Source: Pirellula staleyi DSM 6068 | Lineage (GTDB): Bacteria; Planctomycetota; Planctomycetia; Pirellulales; Pirellulaceae | Length of the DNA: 32,000 bases | Reading direction: 5' to 3' | Assembly: GCA_000025185.1 (NCBI GenBank) | Contig: CP001848.1 | Coordinates: 960,001-992,000 of the forward strand | Shown here: positions 1-8,981 of the stretch, piece by piece | Layout of the letters: each line of letters begins with the position of its first letter | Numbering within the stretch: the stretch's first letter is position 1 | Program-made: the position numbers and the translations under genes | The notes under the pieces: model-generated | Databases searched by the model: none | Told to the model about the DNA's origin: nothing | What the model saw: only the letters and a program-made list of their open reading frames with translations

Positions 1-79
1 CGGGTTCGGCTGCCAGTAGCGAGGCGACCAGCGAAGTTCCCAGGAGCGTCAGCAGAGCAGCGGCGAAGTAGCGTGACAT
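1..79 (-). CDS. 5' end of a secreted-protein gene (signal peptide only; gene continues past the window start)
   Basis: Minus-strand ATG at 77-79 with an AAGGAA RBS-like box 8 nt upstream. It translates to MSRYFAAALLTLLGTSLVASLLAAEP, a classic Sec signal peptide. It is absent from the ORF track because it is truncated. Confidence 0.4.
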   Translation of the reverse strand, partial: MSRYFAAALLTLLGTSLVASLLAAEP

Positions 80-270
80 CAGTAAGGTTCCTTCTGAAAA
101 AAGCGGGGCAAAAATGGAGGATTGGGTGATTTTGGGGAGCGACGACTGACCCCTCCACAGGTGGTCGCCTTAACATATACTCTTGTACATATTCAGGCAA
201 GTCGTTTTAATGATCCATGGAGGTTGCTAGTTTAAGGGCGCAGTAGCAGCCATGCATCGGCTGCAATGAA

Positions 271-403
271 GTGTGCCACTGGGCTCTGCCCCGTGGGAAG
301 TGTAAAGGGGCTCTCTATGTTGTTGGCAAATTTCGCCAAAAACATCGGTTCCAACGTCAGCACTGGCAAGATGCCAGTGGCACCCCATCAACCTGACATG
401 GAT
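271..403. repeat. Structured intergenic repeat, copy A (full)
   Basis: Aligns with 5807-5915. Shared blocks are GTGTGCCACTGGGCTCTG, ATTTCGCC(C)AAAACATCGGTT and the hairpin CACTGGC-N5-GCCAGTG (361-379). The 5' GTGCCACTGG and 3' CCAGTGGCAC are perfect 10-bp terminal inverted repeats. Confidence 0.7.
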
Positions 404-417
404 TGAAAGGCGGACTG

Positions 418-858
418 CTAGGACGTGGGTGGCATGGGTGGTGTGGGGACCATCAGCATCCATCCGAGGTTGAATTTGTCGGTCACTTGTCCGTAGAGGG
501 GAGACCAGAAGGTTTCGACGAGTGGCATGTCGACCTTGCCCCCTTCGGCCAAGGCGTTGAAGGCTTTGGTGACTTCGGCGGCGGTGGGTAGTGTGAGGGC
601 GAGTCGAAAGCCGGAGAAGGTCGACTTGTCGTCACAGCCGTCGGAAGCAAACAGTGTGATGCCGTGGATTTGAAACGAGGCATGCATCACTTTGTTCTCA
701 AAACCGTCTTGCAGCATGCCGGGAGGTGCCGCCACCGGGGACTCGCTAAATCGCATCACCATGTCGACTTTGGCGCCGAGCTGTTTGGTGTAGAAGTCGA
801 GGGCTTCTTCGGCGCGGCCGCCAAAAAAGAGATAAGGAATGATCGAGGTTTCGGACAT
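418..858 (-). CDS. VOC-family protein, PhnB/YjdN-like (glyoxalase/bleomycin-resistance fold)
   Basis: 146-aa ORF with ATG at 856-858. The N-terminal IPYLFFGGRAEEALDFY...GA pattern, VMHASF..G..L.ASD and FWSPLYG..TDKFG..W are typical of PhnB-like / 3-demethylubiquinone-9 3-methyltransferase-domain proteins. Strong GC3 bias. Confidence 0.85.
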   Translation of the reverse strand: MSETSIIPYLFFGGRAEEALDFYTKQLGAKVDMVMRFSESPVAAPPGMLQDGFENKVMHASFQIHGITLFASDGCDDKSTFSGFRLALTLPTAAEVTKAFNALAEGGKVDMPLVETFWSPLYGQVTDKFNLGWMLMVPTPPMPPTS

Positions 859-942
859 GGAATTTCTCGCTACGCTGGAAGTGATCGGACGCGAAGAGAA
901 GCGGGTAAAGGTTGCTAATCTGATTAGTAGTCGAAATCGTGC

Positions 943-965
943 GGGCGAGATCGACAGCGTTTTTT
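943..965. repeat. 23-bp perfect direct repeat, copy 1 (GGGCGAGATCGACAGCGTTTTTT)
   Basis: Identical 23-mer at 1132-1154. Both lie in the 311-bp spacer between the VOC and YCII genes. Confidence 0.8.
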
Positions 966-1131
966 TTGGGAGTCGTACTGCCTCTATCGATCTAGGTCAT
1001 TGGCCTTGGGTGGCTCTGTTGTGCAAAGCTGAGCACAGCTTTGACAGCAGAGAACCGCACACTGCTGGGCAAGCCAGCTAGTAGCCACCCGGCGCGGTAG
1101 TGCCACTCGACGTGGTAGAGCCAACCGGCGG

Positions 1132-1154
1132 GGGCGAGATCGACAGCGTTTTTT
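1132..1154. repeat. 23-bp perfect direct repeat, copy 2
   Basis: Identical to 943-965. An 11-bp core GATCGACAGCG recurs at 2027-2037, upstream of the YCII gene. Confidence 0.8.
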
Positions 1155-1169
1155 CGGAAGTAGCGCGGC

Positions 1170-1919
1170 TTAGACGAGCTGTGTCAGTTCGAAAATCGGG
1201 CGGACTTCGACCCCGGAGATCCGAGCGCCGGGATGTTCAGCGGCGTAAGCGACCGCTTCTTCGAGGCTCTCGGCGGTGATGATATAGAAACCACCCAGCA
1301 CTTCGCGCGTTTCGGCGTAAGGGCCATCGGTGATTAGTTTTTGGCCGTTGCGAACGCGGACGCAGGTGGCGGTCGAAACGCTATGCAGCGGCGAAGCGCT
1401 CAGGAACTTTCCCCGAGCATGCAGCTTGTTGGTGAGTGTAACCGCCTCTTGCATCGCCCCTTGGAGCGCGTCTTGGCCCAGTTTGAGCCACGCTTCTTCG
1501 TCGTCGTAGCAGAGGAACATGAACTTTTTGAGCCCGTGCCCTTTGGTTCGATGATCGAGGTAGCGCGACGGTGGGAGTCCCTCGAGCGTCATCAGCGGAC
1601 GGATCTCGACGGTTCCCTTTTTCGCAGGGGGCAACTTCGCGGCGACCGCAATCGCTTCATCGAGATTGGGGACGTCGATCAGGTAGTAGCCACCGAGATA
1701 CTCGGCTGTTTCGGCGAACGGTCCGGTGGTGACGAGCGTTTGTCCATGACGAACTCGCACCGAAGCAGCGGTGGTGACCGACTCGAGTGGCGACGCGGTG
1801 ATGAACGCTCCACTCGCTTCGAGCTCGTCGCAGACCGCCATCGAGTCGCGCATGCACTCTTCCCGCTCGTCGGGGGTCCAGGCATCCTCGGCACCATAGA
1901 TTAGAAGCATGTAGTTCAT
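1170..1919 (-). CDS. Tandem (double-domain) YCII-related protein
   Basis: 249 aa with a clear internal duplication. Both halves carry the YCII/DGPF pattern: MLL/FLCY...W....., ASPL.SV.TA..VRVR.GQ..-T.GP(F/Y)AET.E.LGG(Y/F)Y(L/I)I......EA.A.A, then V(E)(I/V)RP(L/I). ATG at 1917-1919. Confidence 0.85.
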   Translation of the reverse strand: MNYMLLIYGAEDAWTPDEREECMRDSMAVCDELEASGAFITASPLESVTTAASVRVRHGQTLVTTGPFAETAEYLGGYYLIDVPNLDEAIAVAAKLPPAKKGTVEIRPLMTLEGLPPSRYLDHRTKGHGLKKFMFLCYDDEEAWLKLGQDALQGAMQEAVTLTNKLHARGKFLSASPLHSVSTATCVRVRNGQKLITDGPYAETREVLGGFYIITAESLEEAVAYAAEHPGARISGVEVRPIFELTQLV

Positions 1920-2189
1920 CGGGTCGTTCTCGCTCGAAAGAGGAGGTTTCTGAAGGGTAGATTTTAATCGATCGCGAGCCTGTTTGCCGCAAGCGATTCA
2001 GCAGATAGTCGATCCAGGCGCGCGGTGATCGACAGCGGAGCAAAAAGTGGCGAGAAAAGTTTGGGGCAGGTCGCGCAGCTCCCTTTGTGAAGCTAGTCGC
2101 CTGGCGAGCCGCAGCAGCCCAGTCCGATCGTCTGACCCGAAAGCCTGACCTGGTAGTACGTTACGCCGCAGCCATCGGCCGCTGCAGGC

Positions 2190-2456
2190 CTATTCCCCTT
2201 CGGCCCAGACGCGGAGGTCGTCGACCGTTTCGCCGAGTTCGACGTAGATGACGTTCGGGCGACAGCAGACGGGGCAATCCTCGACGTACTGCTGCTCGGT
2301 GCCGGCCGAGAGGTCGATCGGAATCACGATCTCTTCACCACAAGCGTCGCAGATGTACGACGCTTCGGGCTGCGCTAAACGCTCGCGACGACGGCGGGCG
2401 CGCAATTTTTTTCGCTTACGAGCGAGGAGTCGTTTGCGCTTCTCGGGATCGATCAA
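2190..2456 (-). CDS. CPXCG-type cysteine-rich zinc-ribbon protein with polybasic N-terminal extension
   Basis: The C-terminal ~55 aa (YICDACGEEIVIPIDLSAGTEQQYVEDCPVCCRPNVIYV) match the CPXCG-motif family pattern C-x2-C...DC-x-VCC-RP. The only in-frame start is TTG at 2454-2456, giving a 30-aa K/R-rich leader. The start is uncertain. Confidence 0.6.
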   Translation of the reverse strand: MIDPEKRKRLLARKRKKLRARRRRERLAQPEASYICDACGEEIVIPIDLSAGTEQQYVEDCPVCCRPNVIYVELGETVDDLRVWAEGE

Positions 2457-2674
2457 AACATGGTTCCGCTGAAATTGGTGATCGATTGCTTCATTTGCTT
2501 CCTGAAGTTTAGTGGGGTGGGCAAGTGAGCTGGGGGCTGCGGGGCGCTATTCTTTACGCCACTCGCCAGCGGCGCTACGATAGGGTACGCAAAACAGAAG
2601 CCGCAGCGGCAGCCAGTCTGTAGCCGGGCCCATGGCGAATCTTTTACTACTTCTCCGAGACAGGTGCGAAGGCG

Positions 2675-4099
<1,425 letters not shown>

Positions 4100-4187
4100 T
4101 TGTCAGCCGGACGATAAGTCCGATTGATTGGGCGACTGTGCTAGGTAGCTCCTGCTCGGCACAGTCCTCGCCCTGAAACGACAAAGC

Positions 4188-4221
4188 AAAACCCCGCTGA
4201 CACCTGGTGAGCGGGGTTTTT
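4188..4221 (+). terminator. Rho-independent terminator downstream of fumC
   Basis: Stem ACCCCGCT (4191-4198) pairs with AGCGGGGT (4210-4217) around an 11-nt loop, followed by TTTTT (4217-4221). An A-run upstream makes it potentially bidirectional. A second 8-bp hairpin GACTGTGC/GCACAGTC lies at 4134-4166. Confidence 0.8.
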
Positions 4222-4465
4222 GCGCTAGCAGCGGCTGAAAAATGCGAAATTCCACTTGCTAGCATGCTATTTCGTGGCTGATTGCATTTGACATGGTTGA
4301 TCGATGCGCGGAAGATTCGCCCTGGTAAACGAGCGCGTTTGGGCAGGACGACCAAGTGTCGAGTCCCCGTGCTGGCGAGATCTGGCCGCTAGCAAGCGCT
4401 CGCAGCGGAGCGAGCTTTGCGCTGCGTGCGGCATCGCAGCGCGGCATCGAAAGAGGAAGAGCGCG

Positions 4466-5722
4466 ATGGATCACGGACGACCAACTTCACGCCCAGGTGG
4501 CACTCCCTTCTTGGCTAAGGTTTTGGCCAGCTGTTTGATGGGAGGTCTGACGCTCGGCACGGTTTCGCTGGCGTCGGCGCAAAAACCGGCGGGACCCAAG
4601 CCGGCCACAGCCGACAGCGCGCTCAGTCCAGCGCAGCGCCTCCGGGCAGCCTATGCACTTTCGAGTAGCGCGAAAACCTACGACGACTTTGCGCAAATCA
4701 TCGAACATTGCGAGCGAGCGCTCGGCACTGCGACGGGCGACACCGAAAAGTATGCCAAACAGCTCGTCAGCTGGGCCTACAACAAACGCGGCGAGCTCTA
4801 TGCCCAAGAGGCAGAGACGCTGGTAGCCGATGGTGAAGAGCGGAAAGCTAACGAACTGGATAACCTGGCGCTCGACGATTTCGAGACCGCGATTGCTCAC
4901 GATCCGGAGCGCTTTCAAGCGATTCACAATCGAGCGGTGAGCTATGTGCTGTTTGGCAAACTCGACCAAGCGCTAACCGATCTCGACCAGGTGATCAAGC
5001 TCGCGCCGAAGCATCCCTCGGCCCATTTCAATCGGGCAGAAGTGCAAAGAAAGCTCGGCAAACTCGAAGCAGCGCTGGCCGACTACACCGTGGCCATCGA
5101 CACGAAAACCGGCGATGTCGAAGCGCTAGCTCGTCGCGGCGAAGTGCAGATGCTGCTCGACCGCTATCGCGAAGCGCTCGGAGATTTCAATCAAGCGCTC
5201 CGCTTTGCGCCGCAGCATCAGCGAACACTCACACTGCGAGGCGAGCTCCACACCAGACTCGGAAATTGGGAGCAAGCATCGCTCGATTACGCGGCAGCGG
5301 TGAAGCTTTTGCCGGGCGACACCCGTGCGCTGCGCGGCGCGGCCTGGCTCTTGGCGACCTGCCCTGCCGATACGATCCGAAGCAGCGAACTGGCCCTCGC
5401 ATCGGCCAAGAAGGCAGCCGATCTCGAATCTGCGGTTGGAAAACCGAGCGTTGCCACGCTCGACACTTTAGCGGCCGCGCTCGCCGCTACCGGCGACTTC
5501 GAAGCCGCCGTGGCTGCTCAGCAAGATGCGATCACCGCCGCCACCGGGGCCGATATCGCGGTGCTCAAGCAGCGTTTATCCCTCTACAAAGAGGGCCAGC
5601 CCTATCGCATGCCGACACCCGCAGTGAGCAGCGAAGAAAGTGGCAGCGACGTCCCTGTCACCACGCCCCCTAAGCCGCAACCCGATCTCACAACCGATGC
5701 CGCCGACGGCTTACAGCGCTAA
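4466..5722 (+). CDS. Secreted TPR-repeat protein
   Basis: The track ORF starts at 4304, but ATG 4466 is preceded by AAGAGGAAGA and yields a signal peptide (MDHGRPTSRPGGTPFLAKVLASCLMGGLTLGTVSLASA). The body holds multiple 34-aa TPR-like units (e.g. AIHNRAVSYVLFGKLDQALTDLDQVIKLAPKHP; AHFNRAEVQRKLGKLEAALADYTVAID). Confidence 0.8.
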   Translation: MDHGRPTSRPGGTPFLAKVLASCLMGGLTLGTVSLASAQKPAGPKPATADSALSPAQRLRAAYALSSSAKTYDDFAQIIEHCERALGTATGDTEKYAKQLVSWAYNKRGELYAQEAETLVADGEERKANELDNLALDDFETAIAHDPERFQAIHNRAVSYVLFGKLDQALTDLDQVIKLAPKHPSAHFNRAEVQRKLGKLEAALADYTVAIDTKTGDVEALARRGEVQMLLDRYREALGDFNQALRFAPQHQRTLTLRGELHTRLGNWEQASLDYAAAVKLLPGDTRALRGAAWLLATCPADTIRSSELALASAKKAADLESAVGKPSVATLDTLAAALAATGDFEAAVAAQQDAITAATGADIAVLKQRLSLYKEGQPYRMPTPAVSSEESGSDVPVTTPPKPQPDLTTDAADGLQR

Positions 5723-5806
5723 GCGACGAGCAGCAAGACTCGTACTTTGTCTAGCGATTAATGTCAGGCTGCAGTCAGCAGGCAACCATGAACAGGTTGA
5801 AGTTCA

Positions 5807-5915
5807 GTGTGCCACTGGGCTCTGACCAGTGAGAACTGCAAATGGGCTCTATTTCAGGCAGATTTCGCCCAAAACATCGGTTCGAGCTTCTGCACTGGCG
5901 AGACGCCAGTGTGAG
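5807..5915. repeat. Structured intergenic repeat, copy B (full, 3' end degenerate)
   Basis: By eye it is roughly three-quarters identical to 271-383. It has the same hairpin stem CACTGGC/GCCAGTG (5893-5911) with a different loop (gagac vs aagat). It lies between the convergent TPR and P450 genes. Confidence 0.7.
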
Positions 5916-5999
5916 TCGCAGCTAAGGATGACATTAACCGATAGACGAAGTACTAGTACATCTTGTCCGGTGGAACCGGACCTACTTCCAGAGGAAGCA

Positions 6000-7442
6000 C
6001 TACTTGGGCGTGGGGCGGAGCGAAGTTCCGGTGACCGACGCCGCTGGCACCACGGGTGACTTGGTGCCGTAGGTTTGCCAGCGCTTGCTGCTGCGAAGGG
6101 TCAGCTGCATTTCCATCGCGCGGGCTGGTCGCAAAGTCACAGCCGTATTCATCGGCACCGGTGTACGGTCGATGAGCGAGAGCTCGAACTTTCGCAAAAC
6201 TGTGGCGAGCAGCAGCGTCGCTTCGACCATGGCAAACTCGCGACCAATACAGCCGCGCGGCCCACCGCCGAAGGGGAAATAGGCATATTTCGGCAGTTCG
6301 GCGATCATTCCCGGGGTCCAGCGATCGGGATGGAAGCGGAGCGGATCGTCGTACCACCGCTCGTCGCGATGCACCACCCACTGACTCATCAGCACGTTGG
6401 TGCGGCGCGGAATGAAGTGCTCGCCGATTTGGCAATCGACTTCGCTGCGACGCCCCACGATGTAGGCTGGTGGATAGAGCCGCATCCCCTCGCGTACCAC
6501 GCGCTCGCAAAGCTGCAGCTTCGGCAGGTCGAGCATCGTGGGAGTATTTTTTCCAACTACCTGCGTCACTTCGTCGGCTATCTTCGACTGCCAAACCGGG
6601 TTCTCGGCCAGCAGCTGAAAGGTCCACGACAGCGCGTTGGCGGTGGTCTCGTGTCCCGCCAAGAACATCGTCACCACTTCATCGCGGAGCTGACGATCGC
6701 TCATCCCTTGGCCATTTTCTTCGTCGCGCGCATCGATCAGCAGCGAGAGAAAATCTTCTCCGCGCGCGGCACCAGCGCGGCGCTCGTCGATCATCCGAAA
6801 AATCGCCGCGTCGAGTTTTCCGATCGCGCGCCACAGCCGATAGTTTCCCGGCGTCGGCACCCAGTGCGGGATCGGTATCGGAAACGCAAAGCGGCGTCGA
6901 AAATCGCGCGTGATATCGTCGAGGCAGGTCGAAATTTCGTCGAACCGCTCCCCCACTTCCACGTCGAGCAACGTTTTCCCCGCGATCGCCATCGTCAGCT
7001 GCATCATCGCTCGGTGAATGTCGACCGGCTGACCATCTTGCCAGCTCGAGAGCATCCGGTCGGCCAGATCGCTCATCGACGTGGTATAGCCTGCGATTTG
7101 CGAGCGGCTGAATGCCGGCTGAATCAAGCGCCGCTGCCGAAGCCACGATTCCCCTTCGTTCAGCAGCAGTCCGCGGCCGAGGAGAGGTCGCATGAAAAAC
7201 TGGAGCGCAAAGTTCTTTTGAAAACGTTTGTTCTCGGTCACCAGCACGCGCTCGATATCGTCGGGATGCGACAGGAGCATGCTCCGCCTTCGTCCGACCC
7301 GAAAATAGGCTGCGTCGCCGAACTCGTTCTTGCACGACGTAAAGAAGCCGAGCATGTCGCGCCGCAAATCGGGCAAGCAGCCCCACAGCCAATGGCCGCG
7401 CGGACCAGGAAGCGATCGCGATGATGGCTTCGGTGAATTCAT
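6000..7442 (-). CDS. Cytochrome P450
   Basis: 480 aa. Heme-thiolate loop FGGGPRGCIGREFA, I-helix FLAGHETTANAL and EXXR (ERVVREGMRLYPP). ATG at 7440-7442. Confidence 0.92.
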   Translation of the reverse strand: MNSPKPSSRSLPGPRGHWLWGCLPDLRRDMLGFFTSCKNEFGDAAYFRVGRRRSMLLSHPDDIERVLVTENKRFQKNFALQFFMRPLLGRGLLLNEGESWLRQRRLIQPAFSRSQIAGYTTSMSDLADRMLSSWQDGQPVDIHRAMMQLTMAIAGKTLLDVEVGERFDEISTCLDDITRDFRRRFAFPIPIPHWVPTPGNYRLWRAIGKLDAAIFRMIDERRAGAARGEDFLSLLIDARDEENGQGMSDRQLRDEVVTMFLAGHETTANALSWTFQLLAENPVWQSKIADEVTQVVGKNTPTMLDLPKLQLCERVVREGMRLYPPAYIVGRRSEVDCQIGEHFIPRRTNVLMSQWVVHRDERWYDDPLRFHPDRWTPGMIAELPKYAYFPFGGGPRGCIGREFAMVEATLLLATVLRKFELSLIDRTPVPMNTAVTLRPARAMEMQLTLRSSKRWQTYGTKSPVVPAASVTGTSLRPTPK

Positions 7443-7635
7443 GACGAGTGCGTGCGTTCCTCAAAAAACAGTGCGGTGGTGCATCTCACAGTCTGGCCGA
7501 ATTCTACGCACTCGCCGCGCGCCAAGCGAGCCTTCTCGGATGAAAGTCACCCTTCAATCATCGCTAGCGAGCTTTAGACTGCATGCATCGCTCGCATTCG
7601 CACACGCTCAGACTTGGCCCGTCGAGAGCCTTGCT

Positions 7636-8928
7636 CTACACACTCATTCCGGCGAGTTTCGCGGTGCTGAACGCCGCTTGAAAGTTGTAGCCCCCGATCG
7701 GGCCATCGAGGTCGAGCACTTCTCCGGCGAAGAAGAGCCCGGGTCGGAGCTTGCTCTCCATCGTGTGACTATCCACCTCTTTGAGCGAGACACCTCCAGC
7801 GGTCACTTCCGCTTTCGGAAAGCCGCGCGTCCCTTCCACCCGAATCGTCTGCCCCTTCATTGCCAGCGCTAGTTGGCTGCGCGAGCTCTTGGAGAGTTCT
7901 GCCGCGCGTGATTCGAGCGCTAAGCCCAAGAGATCGAGCATCGACTCCGCCAGCCGCCGAGGAACAAATCGGGACGCTACGGCGACGAGCTGTTTTTTGC
8001 CGCCGGTTGTGCATTCCACCTTCAGCTGCTCCTCGAGCGCTTCGAGTTTAATGTCGGGTAGAAAGTCGCAGACCAGTTTGAGCTGCGCGGGCTTTTCTTC
8101 CCCCGAGATTGCGCGGCTGACATCGAGCGCTGCTGGTCCCGAGAGACCGAAGTGGGTGAACAGCAGCGACGAACGTCGCTCGGCCAGGAAGGCTTTCGCT
8201 TTCCCTTTCTTCGGCTTTCCTTCGGTCGGCGGCGTCCCTGCAGCAGGCGGCTCCGTAGCAGCAGGCACAACGCGCAGCAGCATGTCGGGAATCGTGAGTC
8301 CGGTGAGCGTTTTCACCCACATGTCGGGGGTCGTGATCGGGACCAAAGCAGGACGTGGACGTACGATCGTATGTCCAAACTGTTCGGCCCACGCATAGCC
8401 ATCGCCGGTTGTGCCGCAGCCGGGATACGACATGCCGCCGGTCGTAATCAGCAGTTTTTCGGCCGGAATCACGCGATTGGGGGTGGTGATGAGAAACTGC
8501 TCGCCATCGTGAGCAATGGCCGAGGTGGGCTCTTCGAGCGCGAGCACTGCGCCGGAGCGCTCGAGCCGTCGCATCAGCACGGCGAGCACGTCGGTCGCTT
8601 TATCACTCGCCGGAAAAATCTTTCCCGTATCCTCGACCTTCGTCGCCATCCCTTCGTCTTCAAACAGACGGACGAGCTGCGGTGGATCGAGCTGCGCGAG
8701 GGCCGAATGCAAAAAGTTCCCTTGATCGCCATACGCGCGCACGATCCCCCACTTGTCGGTCGCATGTGTGAGGTTGCAGCGAGTTCCCCCCGACATCAAG
8801 ATCTTGACGCCCGGGCGACGATTCTTCTCGAGCAGCAGCACGCGCAAACCGCGCGCGGCGGCTGTTTCCGCGGCCATCAGCCCGGCGGCCCCTGCCCCAA
8901 TCACCACCAGTTGCCACACGTCGCTCAT
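7636..8928 (-). CDS. NAD(P)/FAD-dependent oxidoreductase, HI0933/YhiN/BaiN-like family
   Basis: 430 aa. N-terminal dinucleotide-binding VVIGAGAAGLMAA...LLLEKN, then K(I)LMSGGTRCNLTH and C-terminal FFAGEVLDLDGPIGGYNFQAAFSTA, all typical of this family. Confidence 0.85.
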   Translation of the reverse strand: MSDVWQLVVIGAGAAGLMAAETAAARGLRVLLLEKNRRPGVKILMSGGTRCNLTHATDKWGIVRAYGDQGNFLHSALAQLDPPQLVRLFEDEGMATKVEDTGKIFPASDKATDVLAVLMRRLERSGAVLALEEPTSAIAHDGEQFLITTPNRVIPAEKLLITTGGMSYPGCGTTGDGYAWAEQFGHTIVRPRPALVPITTPDMWVKTLTGLTIPDMLLRVVPAATEPPAAGTPPTEGKPKKGKAKAFLAERRSSLLFTHFGLSGPAALDVSRAISGEEKPAQLKLVCDFLPDIKLEALEEQLKVECTTGGKKQLVAVASRFVPRRLAESMLDLLGLALESRAAELSKSSRSQLALAMKGQTIRVEGTRGFPKAEVTAGGVSLKEVDSHTMESKLRPGLFFAGEVLDLDGPIGGYNFQAAFSTAKLAGMSV

Positions 8929-8981
8929 CAGCAGCTGCTTACTCTTGTACTAGTTTTTCTCGATCTCGCGGGGCCGATCGA

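Noticed and set aside
839-1081. 80-aa plus-strand ORF in the VOC-YCII spacer
   Set aside because: It overlaps the VOC start, spans the 23-bp repeat and its T-run, and has poor codon bias. It is probably non-coding.
4374-4382. GGCGAGATC 9-mer recurring in intergenic DNA (944, 1133, 4374, 20231) as a possible wider motif
   Set aside because: The same 9-mer also occurs inside coding sequence (17043-17051). It is a codon-compatible, GC-rich string (Gly-Glu-Ile), so only the 23-bp perfect repeat is reported.
6075-7424. 449-aa plus-strand ORF antisense to the cytochrome P450 gene (also 5953-6627 and 6679-7464 on the minus strand in other frames)
   Set aside because: The P450 frame carries all diagnostic motifs. 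The alternative frames are Arg/Ala/Pro-rich with no motifs, which marks them as GC-rich open-frame artefacts.
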